Under the pieces are notes generated by a model. The model was not told the origin of the DNA. It ran no database searches and saw only the letters and a program-made list of their open reading frames with translations. Shown piece after piece: positions 27,213 through 36,506 of a DNA stretch of 64,000 bases (position 1 is its first letter; each line of letters begins with the position of its first letter). The DNA comes from a virus (taxonomy: Duplodnaviria; Caudoviricetes), in the IMG/VR virus record IMGVR_UViG_3300003320_000853. One strand, written 5' to 3'. The translations under genes were made by a program, and so were the position numbers.

Positions 27213-28672
27213 AGCGTCTTCTCCGATCCATCATCGACTTCGACGGGTCTCTGAGCCAGGAGCATCTGACCCAGAACCTACAGAAGATCATCGCGTCGCA
27301 GATCGCATGGTCGCGGCCGGACGACGAGAAGGTCTTCCGGTACGTCGTCGACTACTTCCAACAGAGGCTTGAGATCCCCGCGGCGCAGACGGTGCGGGAC
27401 TATTTCCTCCGCATGGATGACGTCGAAGCCCAAGAGCGTATCGACGACATCGCGGCGGCGCCGGCCTACATCCGGACGAACTTCCAACACCTCCTCCAGA
27501 CGCTCATGGAGGAGCAGAACAAGGAGAAGGCGATCAAGCTCCTCAAGGAGACGCACGAGATCGTCACCAAGGGGGTCGAGATCGTCGAGGGGCGGGAGAA
27601 GGTTCGCCGACACGGGGTACGAGATGCGCTCCTCCACTTCTCACAGAGGTCGCACGACCTCATCATCCCGGAATACAACGCCCGCACCTCGGGAGACATC
27701 CGTCGCGACGGTCAAGCCGTTCTCGACGAGTACCAGACGGCCAAGGTCAACAAGGACAAGGTCTGGGGCAAATTCTGTGGTCTCAACGAGATCGACAAGC
27801 TGTGCCACGGGATCAAGCGCGGCGAGCTGTGGGTCCATGCCGCGTTCCCGGGGGAGTTGAAGACCACGTTCGCCGAGAACTGGTGCTACAACCTGGTCAC
27901 CAGGTACCGTACCAACATCGTCTTCTGGTCTCTGGAGATGCCCTACGAGCAAGTCCGGAGACACTTCTACGTCTTGCACTCGGCGAACGCCAAGTGGCGG
28001 GCCGAGGGGTTCGAACCCCTCGACTACCGGAAGGTACGAGACGGAGAGCTCTCTCCAGAGGAGGAGAAGTTCTTTGAGCGGGTCGTCGACGACTTCACCA
28101 ACAACCCGGACTACTGCCATTGCGAGATCATCTCCCCCGACCGGGAGGTGACCATGGACGACGTCAAGCTGGAGACCGAGCTACTCCACAAGCAGATGGA
28201 GGTCGGTCTCGTGGTCATCGACCACGGGCAGGAGGTCGAGGCCCGGAAGACGAAGCGCTCGAAGGACTACGTCGTCGAGCTGAACTCCGTCGTTCGCGAC
28301 GCGAAGCGGCTGGCGCTTCACTTCAACCACGGCGAGCGGATCCCCGTGCTCATGCTCTTCCAGATCAACCGTCAGGGCAAAGAAGAGGCATCGAAGAACG
28401 AGGGGAAGTACAAGATGAGCGCCCTCGCCTACGCCAACCAGGTCGAAAAGTCCGCGGACGTGCTCACCACGACCTACCTGGATGACAACCACAGGACGAA
28501 CGGGACCACCTTGTTCTGCAACCTCAAGAACAGGGACAACCCCCTGTTCGATCCCTTCCTGGCCAGCGTCCATTTCGCCTCGAAGCGCATCTACAACATG
28601 AACATGTACCAGGGGAAGGGTATGAGCGTGGAGGAGCATACCCAGCTCGGGGAGGCGATGTTCAACGTCTAG
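27209..28672 (+). CDS. dnaB: Replicative DnaB-like helicase
   Basis: Start MKRLLRS with GGAGG RBS; GIKRGELW...AFPGELKTT, FWSLEM, VVIDHGQ, FQINR, VEKSAD, KNR motifs. Confidence 0.85.
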   Translation: MKRLLRSIIDFDGSLSQEHLTQNLQKIIASQIAWSRPDDEKVFRYVVDYFQQRLEIPAAQTVRDYFLRMDDVEAQERIDDIAAAPAYIRTNFQHLLQTLMEEQNKEKAIKLLKETHEIVTKGVEIVEGREKVRRHGVRDALLHFSQRSHDLIIPEYNARTSGDIRRDGQAVLDEYQTAKVNKDKVWGKFCGLNEIDKLCHGIKRGELWVHAAFPGELKTTFAENWCYNLVTRYRTNIVFWSLEMPYEQVRRHFYVLHSANAKWRAEGFEPLDYRKVRDGELSPEEEKFFERVVDDFTNNPDYCHCEIISPDREVTMDDVKLETELLHKQMEVGLVVIDHGQEVEARKTKRSKDYVVELNSVVRDAKRLALHFNHGERIPVLMLFQINRQGKEEASKNEGKYKMSALAYANQVEKSADVLTTTYLDDNHRTNGTTLFCNLKNRDNPLFDPFLASVHFASKRIYNMNMYQGKGMSVEEHTQLGEAMFNV

Positions 28673-28703
28673 CCGGTGTACTCCTCCGGGAGGAAGGCGA
28701 TCT

Positions 28704-28886
28704 GTGAGACTCGAAGAAGCCATCAAGCACGCGGAAGAGAAGGGGCAGGGATCGGGCCAGTGCGCTGCCGAGCATCGGCAGCTCTCGAAGTGGCTCAAGG
28801 AGCTGCATCAGCGCCGGGAGGCCGAGCGGGCCCAGGCTCGGATGAAGAGAGCAATCGAGGCGGTGTACCTCGATCCCCGGCCATGA
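28704..28886 (+). CDS. Small hypothetical protein (LEEAIKHA...CAAEHRQL..WLKEL type)
   Basis: 60 aa; familiar small phage protein pattern; RBS and GGTGTA (28675) upstream. Confidence 0.7.
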   Translation: MRLEEAIKHAEEKGQGSGQCAAEHRQLSKWLKELHQRREAERAQARMKRAIEAVYLDPRP

Positions 28887-29101
28887 GCGACCCCCTCGTC
28901 TGCGCCGGCTGCAACCAACCCCAGGTCGTGCCGTGCCCCTGCGGGACGTGCGACCTCCGCACAACGTACGCAGCATGCCCCACGTGCGATCCTGAGCGGG
29001 TTGCGAGGCTCCAGAAGATGCAGGGCGTCAAGGTGTGCCGGAAATACACCATGGCCCAAATCTTCGGGGAGAACTACGGCTCCCAGGACGACGGTGGCTG
29101 A
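28883..29101 (+). CDS. Small Cys-rich hypothetical protein
   Basis: ATGA overlap; MSDPLVCAGC...CPCGTC...CPTC. Confidence 0.55.
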   Translation: MSDPLVCAGCNQPQVVPCPCGTCDLRTTYAACPTCDPERVARLQKMQGVKVCRKYTMAQIFGENYGSQDDGG

Positions 29102-29702
29102 TCAGGAGGCTGTCTGGCGCTGGATGCGCGCCCGGATCGAGACGATCCATCGGACGGTCTCGGCGAGCGATGTCCTCCGCAGGAACGGCGTCCGCCTCCA
29201 GTACGGGGATCGGAGGGAGCAGTTCTCGTGCCCCTTCCACGGCCGGGACAACAAGCCCTCAGCCAGGATCTACCCCGAGGTTCCGGGCAAGCCCTCCCAC
29301 GTATGGTGCTTCGTCTGCCAGGAGCGTTGGGACGCCATCGCTCTCTGGAGGAAGTTCGAGGGCCACGAGAAGGACGTCTCCTTCGGTCGGGTCCTTCGAG
29401 AGATCGAGCGCGCCTATGGGATCGTTCCCCCCGAGGGCCCGCCGCCCGAGGAGGCCGAATCCGAGGACGTGTCGGCTTTCGTCGAGGTCATGCGTCTCTA
29501 CGAGGTCTGTGAGCGTCGCCTTCGGGCCGCGAAACCTCTCTTCGACATGCGGGGCTACCTCATCCTCGGTACGATCCTCGACCGACTCTGTGCTCGCGTG
29601 GACGAGCGCAAGACAACCCCGGAGAAGGCGAAGGAGACCATCCGCGTCGTCCTCGACAAGATCGGGGCGAAGGAGAGATGCTCTGATGCTCCTACAGTGT
29701 GA
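29094..29702 (+). CDS. Stand-alone CHC2 zinc-finger (primase Zn-binding domain) protein
   Basis: SCPFHGRDNKPSA...WCFVC...DAI; no TOPRIM domain in ~200 aa; GTG start inferred. Confidence 0.8.
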   Translation: MADQEAVWRWMRARIETIHRTVSASDVLRRNGVRLQYGDRREQFSCPFHGRDNKPSARIYPEVPGKPSHVWCFVCQERWDAIALWRKFEGHEKDVSFGRVLREIERAYGIVPPEGPPPEEAESEDVSAFVEVMRLYEVCERRLRAAKPLFDMRGYLILGTILDRLCARVDERKTTPEKAKETIRVVLDKIGAKERCSDAPTV

Positions 29703-30012
29703 GAGATGCGGGAGACAGTGTTTCTCCACAGCTCAAAGGTATTTCGAGCACTTGCCCGTCCCTTGTGTATATCGGGGAGACTATGTGGTGATGTGTCTCC
29801 CCTGCGCTCTTTCTCTCGGCGCCCCGCTCGTCGAGGTAGTCGTGACTTCCGGAGCCGACGGGTGCAAGGCGTTCGCCCCGTGGGGGGCGGGCAAGACGGT
29901 AGGGACCCCGGAGGAAGCTGTGAACAGTCTCCTCCAGCATCTTCCGATGCGCTCGTTGAAGTCCCCTAAGACGGCCTGGGAGCACTTGCTCGACGAATGC
30001 CTCGACGATTGA
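29686..30012 (+). CDS. Zn-finger protein ending in PKTAWEHLLDECLDD
   Basis: 108 aa; CERC...CLPC; AGGAG upstream. Confidence 0.65.
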   Translation: MLLQCERCGRQCFSTAQRYFEHLPVPCVYRGDYVVMCLPCALSLGAPLVEVVVTSGADGCKAFAPWGAGKTVGTPEEAVNSLLQHLPMRSLKSPKTAWEHLLDECLDD

Positions 30013-30443
30013 GACTTCGGACGAACGAGATGGGGTTCCAGGAGCTCTTCCTCATCTACGAGACGGCCGGCGTGTGGGAGCCTGCCTGGGCTCCGCTGCG
30101 GGGGCATCCGTTGACTTCTCTCTTCGCCATCGTGTCGAAAGAGGACATGGACCATGCGCTCCACGGCTGGACGCGCCCGCTCGTCGACCGGCTTGGTCCG
30201 GCTCCGAAGTTCCTCCTCCGGAAGCTGCCATCGCACGCGTGCGCCCTTCGAGCTCGGTGTTCGCTCTTTCAAGCGCGCTTCTGTGTCCCAACGCACCCGA
30301 AGATGCCGCTGTGCTTCCAGCCCGACGACACGGATGACCAGACGGGGATGCTCGCGTCGGAAGCGATCAGACTTTGGCGCGAAGGGGTGTATGTGATCGT
30401 CGTCGTAGATGCCGCGAACGACGGTCGTCAACCGAAAGCGTAG
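30009..30443 (+). CDS. Hypothetical Cys-containing protein
   Basis: TTG start overlapping the upstream TGA (or ATG 30030); C..C...C...C cluster. Confidence 0.6.
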   Translation: MRLRTNEMGFQELFLIYETAGVWEPAWAPLRGHPLTSLFAIVSKEDMDHALHGWTRPLVDRLGPAPKFLLRKLPSHACALRARCSLFQARFCVPTHPKMPLCFQPDDTDDQTGMLASEAIRLWREGVYVIVVVDAANDGRQPKA

Positions 30444-33400
30444 TCCCTTCGACGTCTACATAGGGCGCCCCTCGAAGTGGGGGAACCCGTTCTCGCACCA
30501 GGCGGGCACCCTGGCGTCCTTCCGGGTGTCTTCTCGGGAAGAGGCTATCGCCAGGTACGAAGCCTGGATCCTGGGACAGCCCGAGCTTCTTCGGCAGATC
30601 GCGACAGAACTTCGAGGAAAGCGGCTCGGTTGCTGGTGCAAACCCCTGGCTTGTCACGGGGATGTTCTGGCCCGGCTTGCGGATGGAGGCGTGATGTCAG
30701 ACATTGGCGACGAAGACTTCGACTTCCTGAACCTTCCAGAGAATTCGGCCGAGAAGAAGCTCGTGACCCCGCCGGAGCCCGAGGGTGTTTTCGGTGAGGG
30801 CGACGGGCTGGACGATTTCATGGCGTCCACAGGGATGCAGCGGGAGCGAGATGTTCCCGATCCCGCGAAACCGTGGATGAAGTTCCACGAGTTCAAGCTC
30901 GTCCAGAGCTTGGCGGAGGTCGAGGCTCTCGTCGACGCAGCCATCGCCGCCAAGAAGTGCTCGCTCGATCTGGAGACCGAGGGGCTCGACAACCGCATCT
31001 TCTACACGCCCGATCGCAAGCCGTACACCGTTCACCAGATCGTCGGCTACTGCATCTCCATCGACGGCAAGGCGGGCTACTACATCCCCGTCCGACACAA
31101 GCCCGGAGAGGGTCAGCCCGACCTCAATGTCAAGCCGATCGAGGCCGTCGAGTCTGCCATCCGGCGGCTGTGTCTCGCGGCGCAACCGAAGCCGAAGGAA
31201 GCCAACCCGAAGGATCCTCTCGCCTTCCGGGAGTTCGAGACTGGGCCTCAGCTCGTCATCGAGTTCTGGAACGCGAAGTTCGACCAAGAGATGCTCTTTC
31301 CAGTCACCGGCCTCGATTGGTGGCACCCGGAGAGCTTCGAGGATGGCTGCCTGGGCGCCTTCACCGTCAACACGGCGGATGCCGAGGAAGGCGAGCTTGG
31401 GCTGAAGGACAAGGCGAAGAGCCATCTCTCCGTCGAGGAGACCATCAACGGGAAGGTCGTTCGGCATCCCTACGAGATGATCGAGCTCAAGGAGCTGTTC
31501 CTCAAGGGACGCGAGATCCATTTCGATCTCCTGTCCCCCGATGAGCCGGGCGTCATCAAGTACGCGTGTTCCGACGCCATCTGCACGACGCTCCTCTGCC
31601 AGCGCGACGATCTCGTGAAGCTCGCGAAGGCGAAGTATGGTTTCACCTACCGTCTGGAGAAGCAGGTCACGGAGGTCGTTCGACACATGGAGCGCAACCG
31701 TGTGAAGATCAACCGCCAGAAGGCGCAGGTGCTTCACGAGTACCACACGAAGAAACGGGCCGACCTCGCGGCGCAGATCGGTGCGCTCGCGGAGAGCCGT
31801 GGTTTCTATGGCCTCGACATCGAGAGCCCGAAGCAACTCGGGGAATTTCTATTCGGGGAGAACGGGCTCGATCTCAAGCCCAAGCCGGACAAGAACGAGA
31901 AGAGCGGCCAGTACAAGACCGACGGTGACACGCTGGAGGGGATGGCCAAGGATCTCGGAGAGGAGGCTCCCCCGATCCTCAAGTGGATCGTCTCGTACCG
32001 CGAGGAGGCGAAGCTCCTTGGCACCTACCTCGACAAGCTCTGCAACAACTTCGACTCCCACGTCAAGACGCTCTCCGAGATGCGCTTCAACTTCAAGCAA
32101 ACGGGGGCCGAGACGGGGAGGTTCTCAGCCCCGGCGCAGAAGGACAAGGTGTCCCACGGGTTCGCTGGGCTCCCGATCCACGGGGTGCCCAACTCGACGG
32201 CTTTCCGAGCTCTCTTCGAGGCTCGGGAGGGGTACGCGATGGTCAAGTGCGACTATGCGGGGCAGGAGCTTCGTGTCGTCGCCAACGTCTCCGGAGAACC
32301 TGTCTGGATCAAGGAGTTCCTGGAGGGCACCGGCGATCTTCACAGCATCACGGCCCGGGCCTTCTTCAACAAGCCCGAGGTGACCAAGGAGGAGCGCGGC
32401 AAGGGCAAGATCGCCAACTTCGCCCTCATCTACGGCGGCGGCGCCGCCGCGATCATGCGAGCTACGGGATGCGACAAGGTCGAGGGCCAGCGGCGCAAGC
32501 AAGCGTTCGACAAGGCGGTGCCGGTCTTCGCCAACTGGCTCAAGAGTCAGCACGCTCGGGTCAAGAAGGAGAAGGGTGTCTGGACGCCCTTCGGCCGATG
32601 GATCTCGATTCCGGATGCCACCGTGAAGGAAGGGGATGTCCTCAACGGGCACACCCTCACGTGGCAGGAGGCCAAGAAGATCCAGGCTGCATGCGAACGA
32701 AACGCCGTCAACGCCCCCATCCAGGGTGCCGGCGCGGACATCATGAAGATCAGCATGGTCCTGCTCCACAAGGAGTTTCACCGGCGCGGCTGGCTTCGGG
32801 ATGGCGGGGACGACTCGGTGCGGATGCTCCTCACCGTTCACGACGAGCTCGTCTTCGAGATCCGCTACGATCGTGTCGCCGAAGCTCTCCCGATCATCGT
32901 CGAGCAGATGGAGATGCCGTGGAAGATGGCCCGGCCTCCCTATTCGCCTCCGTGGCAGGTTCCGCTCATTGTCGAGCCCCTCATCGGGTTCAACTGGGGC
33001 GCCGGGTACAAGGTCGAGCGCTACAGCGAAAAGCACCCGATCAAGGACACACAGGTGGTCATGCACGGGTACGTCTACTCCCTCACGCGTGTCTGCGAGA
33101 AGGAGAACGAGATCCAGGAGAACGAGACCATCGTCAAGGCGAACGAGAAGGACGGAAAGAAGACGTGGACGGTGCGTCTGACGGATCCGCCTCCGTGGGT
33201 GCGCGACATCAAGGACGTCCCTCCGCCTCCCACGCCGCCCTCCACGGGCGCGGAGCCGCCTCCACCCGCCTCTCCCAGGCCGGCGCCCGCCCCGGTCTCC
33301 ACGACGCCGAAGAATGGGAAGATCGCCACCATTCGGCTCAAGGAGCTGACCCCGACGTCGATCCGACAGGTGCGAGGGGTGTGTGCTCAGCACATCGACA

Positions 33401-33549
33401 TCGACAAGGGCACCATCCTGCGTCTCATCGACCCCTACGGGGAGCTGCTCATTGATCCCAAGCTCGGGGTGATGGTCGATCCTGAGATGGTCGCGGCGAC
33501 GCTGCGAGAGCTGCATCTGTCGGACGGCCTCTACGTCCTCAACGCATAA
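30409..33549 (+). CDS. polA: Family-A DNA polymerase (3'-5' exonuclease + polymerase) with in-frame N-terminal DUF4326-like domain
   Basis: ExoI LDLETEG, ExoII NAKFD, ExoIII YACSDA; motif A DYAGQELR, B KIANFALIYG, C TVHDEL; first ~92 aa DVYIGRPSKWGNPF...LGCWCKPLACHGDVL. Confidence 0.93.
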   Translation: MPRTTVVNRKRSPFDVYIGRPSKWGNPFSHQAGTLASFRVSSREEAIARYEAWILGQPELLRQIATELRGKRLGCWCKPLACHGDVLARLADGGVMSDIGDEDFDFLNLPENSAEKKLVTPPEPEGVFGEGDGLDDFMASTGMQRERDVPDPAKPWMKFHEFKLVQSLAEVEALVDAAIAAKKCSLDLETEGLDNRIFYTPDRKPYTVHQIVGYCISIDGKAGYYIPVRHKPGEGQPDLNVKPIEAVESAIRRLCLAAQPKPKEANPKDPLAFREFETGPQLVIEFWNAKFDQEMLFPVTGLDWWHPESFEDGCLGAFTVNTADAEEGELGLKDKAKSHLSVEETINGKVVRHPYEMIELKELFLKGREIHFDLLSPDEPGVIKYACSDAICTTLLCQRDDLVKLAKAKYGFTYRLEKQVTEVVRHMERNRVKINRQKAQVLHEYHTKKRADLAAQIGALAESRGFYGLDIESPKQLGEFLFGENGLDLKPKPDKNEKSGQYKTDGDTLEGMAKDLGEEAPPILKWIVSYREEAKLLGTYLDKLCNNFDSHVKTLSEMRFNFKQTGAETGRFSAPAQKDKVSHGFAGLPIHGVPNSTAFRALFEAREGYAMVKCDYAGQELRVVANVSGEPVWIKEFLEGTGDLHSITARAFFNKPEVTKEERGKGKIANFALIYGGGAAAIMRATGCDKVEGQRRKQAFDKAVPVFANWLKSQHARVKKEKGVWTPFGRWISIPDATVKEGDVLNGHTLTWQEAKKIQAACERNAVNAPIQGAGADIMKISMVLLHKEFHRRGWLRDGGDDSVRMLLTVHDELVFEIRYDRVAEALPIIVEQMEMPWKMARPPYSPPWQVPLIVEPLIGFNWGAGYKVERYSEKHPIKDTQVVMHGYVYSLTRVCEKENEIQENETIVKANEKDGKKTWTVRLTDPPPWVRDIKDVPPPPTPPSTGAEPPPPASPRPAPAPVSTTPKNGKIATIRLKELTPTSIRQVRGVCAQHIDIDKGTILRLIDPYGELLIDPKLGVMVDPEMVAATLRELHLSDGLYVLNA

Positions 33550-33590
33550 TCCTGGCGTCTGCTCGACCGTTCGGGTAGGATCGGCCCCGG

Positions 33591-34178
33591 ATGGGTATGC
33601 CTCGACGCGATCTCTTCGGCGAATGCAACGTGGACGGAGCACCGATCGACGTGTTCTCCGCGGAGTGCTGCGTTCGTTGTATCAACCCGGAGTGCACCCG
33701 CTCGGCCCGTGGGGGGAAGTTCGAGCTTCGCGTCCAGACGTGGCAGGATCGTCTCTTCGACAACCCTGCCAGGATGCGCCCGGACGATCCCCGCTATCGC
33801 AGTATCGCCGGACAGAATTTCCTGGCGGTCGATGTAGGGCCTGTACCCAACGTGCGGGGGTCGAGTGGATGGATCGATCCCCTAGCCGTGAAGGAAGCGA
33901 AGCGGGCCGAGCTCGTGGCCATGGCCGAGAAGGCCGGACCGCTTCCCACGACGGCGCTCGCATCGGCAGAGGCCGTCGCGGAGCCGAAGCCCAAGCCGCC
34001 AAGTCCCAGGCACCTTCTCCTCGCCAACGCGCCGGATCAGTCTGGCAAGACGGTCGGGCCTGCTCCAGCTCCTCCGGCTCCGAAGCCCGATCCGTGGGTT
34101 CAGAAGTCTCCTCCAGCCTCTCCAGGGACGATCATTTCTCCTGGGGCGACTGTGAAATTCGGGGGCGGTGGTGTATAG
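33591..34178 (+). CDS. Hypothetical protein (Cys-rich N-terminus, Pro-rich C-terminus)
   Basis: 195 aa; ECCVRCINPECTRS. Confidence 0.7.
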   Translation: MGMPRRDLFGECNVDGAPIDVFSAECCVRCINPECTRSARGGKFELRVQTWQDRLFDNPARMRPDDPRYRSIAGQNFLAVDVGPVPNVRGSSGWIDPLAVKEAKRAELVAMAEKAGPLPTTALASAEAVAEPKPKPPSPRHLLLANAPDQSGKTVGPAPAPPAPKPDPWVQKSPPASPGTIISPGATVKFGGGGV

Positions 34179-34218
34179 CAAGGGGGAACAGCCAGCCAAC
34201 GGGCAGGAGTAAGAACTC

Positions 34219-34398
34219 ATGATGCGGATCAAGGCGACCATCAAGAAGGATGGCCAGGTGGTGACCGAGGTCGTGGAGCGGAACGAGCACCTCTGCTCAC
34301 AGGTGTATCAGGTCACGAACGCGCTCGGCAGGCAGGTGTCCGACGAGAACATCGGCCCCGAGTGCGACACCCAGACCGAAGGCGTCAGCGGGTCCTAG
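34219..34398 (+). CDS. DUF2997-like small protein (59 aa)
   Basis: Not in the ORF track; AGGAG RBS; MMRIKATIKKDGQVVTEVV...CSQV..VTNALG; adjacent to DUF1257-like and AAA genes. Confidence 0.7.
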   Translation: MMRIKATIKKDGQVVTEVVERNEHLCSQVYQVTNALGRQVSDENIGPECDTQTEGVSGS

Positions 34399-34448
34399 CC
34401 TTCGGGCCGTCCCGCTCTAGTTCCAGTAGAGAAGAGAGGATCACGAAC

Positions 34449-34778
34449 ATGTCCCACAGGGTCACGACCGAGACCGAGATGACGGATCGGACTCTGGTGA
34501 AGTCCGCCTGCAAGCAGCAGGGCGTCAATTTCACCGAATCCGGCGACACCATGCACTTCACCGGCGGGCCGCTCAACGGCGCGACGCTGAACCTCAAGAC
34601 CGGCCAGATCACCGGCGACACCGACTACGGTCACAGCCGGGCGTCGCTCGGCGCCCTCAAGCAGGCGTACGGCGAGGCGAAGTACCTCTTCGAGTGCCAG
34701 AAGCAGGGCATCCAGGTCGAGTCGCGCACCGTCGACACCAAGACCGGCGACATCATCCTGATGCTGGCGATGGCCTGA
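34449..34778 (+). CDS. DUF1257/Ycf35-like protein
   Basis: MSHRVTTETEMTD...ITGDTDY...LKQAY...QGIQV; GAGG RBS. Confidence 0.7.
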   Translation: MSHRVTTETEMTDRTLVKSACKQQGVNFTESGDTMHFTGGPLNGATLNLKTGQITGDTDYGHSRASLGALKQAYGEAKYLFECQKQGIQVESRTVDTKTGDIILMLAMA

Positions 34779-34812
34779 TCCCCGGCCACGTCGGCGCGGG
34801 CCGACGCTCGGG

Positions 34813-34855
34813 TGCGAACGCCCGCCCTACGCAAGGGGGCGGGCGTTCGCATTTT
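34813..34855 (+). terminator. Intrinsic terminator
   Basis: 15-bp stem TGCGAACGCCCGCCC/GGGCGGGCGTTCGCA followed by TTTT, just after stop 34778. Confidence 0.8.
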
Positions 34856-34873
34856 AGGGTTTGATTCGTAAAC

Positions 34874-34889
34874 GGTGTAGAGGGATCCC
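34874..34889 (+). promoter_or_regulatory. Class M motif GGTGTA, 10 nt before ATG 34890
   Basis: Immediately downstream of a terminator, where a new promoter is required. Confidence 0.65.
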
Positions 34890-36506
34890 ATGTCGAGCGA
34901 GAGCGCAACGTCCAGCGATTTCATCTTCCACCTCCGGGCCTTGTCCCGCGTGATCTACGTAGTGACAGACGAGGAAGACCGCTTCATCGTCCGGCTGCGG
35001 GACATGCTCGCCAAGGCCAGGAACACGACTTCTGGCACGTACTATGTCGATCGGTGCTGGGTCTATACCAGCACGTTCGGGATGGTGCCGATCAAGTCGC
35101 TGATCCAGGACTGGACGACGAAGGCCCATGTGGTGGACACGGACACGCTCGGGTTCCACCAGGCCATGGAGAAGATTTACAAGGACGACCCCAAGGAGGA
35201 GCGCAATTTCTACGTCATCACGGACCCGGAGCGCTGGATCACCGATCCGCAGATGTGCCGGCGCGTCCTGAACGTGATCCACCAGGTGCACAACGACAAT
35301 CGGACCTTGAAGATCCTGATCTTCGTGTCGCACCGCAAGGTGATCCCCGACGTCCTGGCGAATTACATCGAAGTCGTGCACGACACGATGGACGCGGAGC
35401 ACACCATGGCGGTCGTCGAGGCGGCCTGCAAGCACCTCCCCGGCGTCGAGCCGCCCCCGAACGTGCTCAACCTCTTCAAGGGGCTGACTGGTTTCCAGGT
35501 CGACATGGCCATCGCGCAGTCGATCACGGCCACGAAGAAGGATCCGAGGGGGCCGAAGCGGATCGATCCGGCGATCATCGCCGACTACAAGCGCCGGCAG
35601 CTCAGGAAGACCAGCCTCGTGACCTATCTCGACCAGCTCCCGAGCTTCGATGAGGTCGGCGGCAACGACCGCTTCAAAGAGTGGGCGAAGGAAACCAAGT
35701 CCGCGTGGAGCGAGGAGGGTCAGCGCTTCGGTCTCAAGCCGCCGAAGGGTGTGCTCCTCGTCGGCATCTGGGGCTGCGCCAAGTCGCTCTCCTCGAAGGC
35801 CATGGCGCGGGAGTGGGGTCTGCCCGTCGTTGCTCTGGAGATGGGCAAGCTCCGCTCGGCGAACGTCGGCCAGTCGGAGCAGAACGTCTACCAGGCGATC
35901 CGCATCATCGAGGCGGCGGCCCCGTGTGTCGTGTGGGTCGACGAGGCCGAGAAGACGCTCTCGGGCGGCCAGTCGAGCGCTCAGAGCGATGCCGGTACGA
36001 CCAGCCGGACGATCGGCATCCTGTCGACGTGGCTCCAGGAGACGACGGCCCAGGTATGCCTCGCGCTCACCGCGAACGGCCTCAAGACGCTCCCCGTGGA
36101 GTTCGTGAACCGCATGGACGAGCGGTTCTTCTTCGACCTCCCGAACGACGACGAGCGGATCGAGATCCTCCGCATCCATCTCCGCAAGGCGGGGCAGAAG
36201 CCGGAGAACTATCAGCTCGCGGAGCTTGCCGAGAAGGCCCGGGGCATGGTCGGTCGCGAGATCGAGCAGGCCATCCAGGCCGCGATGCGGAAGAGCTTCG
36301 TGACCCGCCGTCCGCAGCTCGACGAGAAGGTTCTCCTCGACATCCTCGGAAGCAAGCCCCGTATCCTCAAGACCATGGTCGACGACGTTCGCGAGCTGGT
36401 CGAGTGGGTCGGCTTCGACCCCGACGCGAACGACGGGATCAAGGCCCGTCTCGCCTCGGCTCCCCGGGAAGGCAGCTCGTTCAAGATCGTTGGCGCGGAT
36501 GGCTGA
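34890..36506 (+). CDS. Ycf46-like AAA+ ATPase
   Basis: N-terminal IYVVTDEEDR; FDEVGG..FKEW, PKGVLLVGIWGCAKS (variant Walker A), VWVDEAEK, RMDERFFFDLP. Confidence 0.85.
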   Translation: MSSESATSSDFIFHLRALSRVIYVVTDEEDRFIVRLRDMLAKARNTTSGTYYVDRCWVYTSTFGMVPIKSLIQDWTTKAHVVDTDTLGFHQAMEKIYKDDPKEERNFYVITDPERWITDPQMCRRVLNVIHQVHNDNRTLKILIFVSHRKVIPDVLANYIEVVHDTMDAEHTMAVVEAACKHLPGVEPPPNVLNLFKGLTGFQVDMAIAQSITATKKDPRGPKRIDPAIIADYKRRQLRKTSLVTYLDQLPSFDEVGGNDRFKEWAKETKSAWSEEGQRFGLKPPKGVLLVGIWGCAKSLSSKAMAREWGLPVVALEMGKLRSANVGQSEQNVYQAIRIIEAAAPCVVWVDEAEKTLSGGQSSAQSDAGTTSRTIGILSTWLQETTAQVCLALTANGLKTLPVEFVNRMDERFFFDLPNDDERIEILRIHLRKAGQKPENYQLAELAEKARGMVGREIEQAIQAAMRKSFVTRRPQLDEKVLLDILGSKPRILKTMVDDVRELVEWVGFDPDANDGIKARLASAPREGSSFKIVGADG

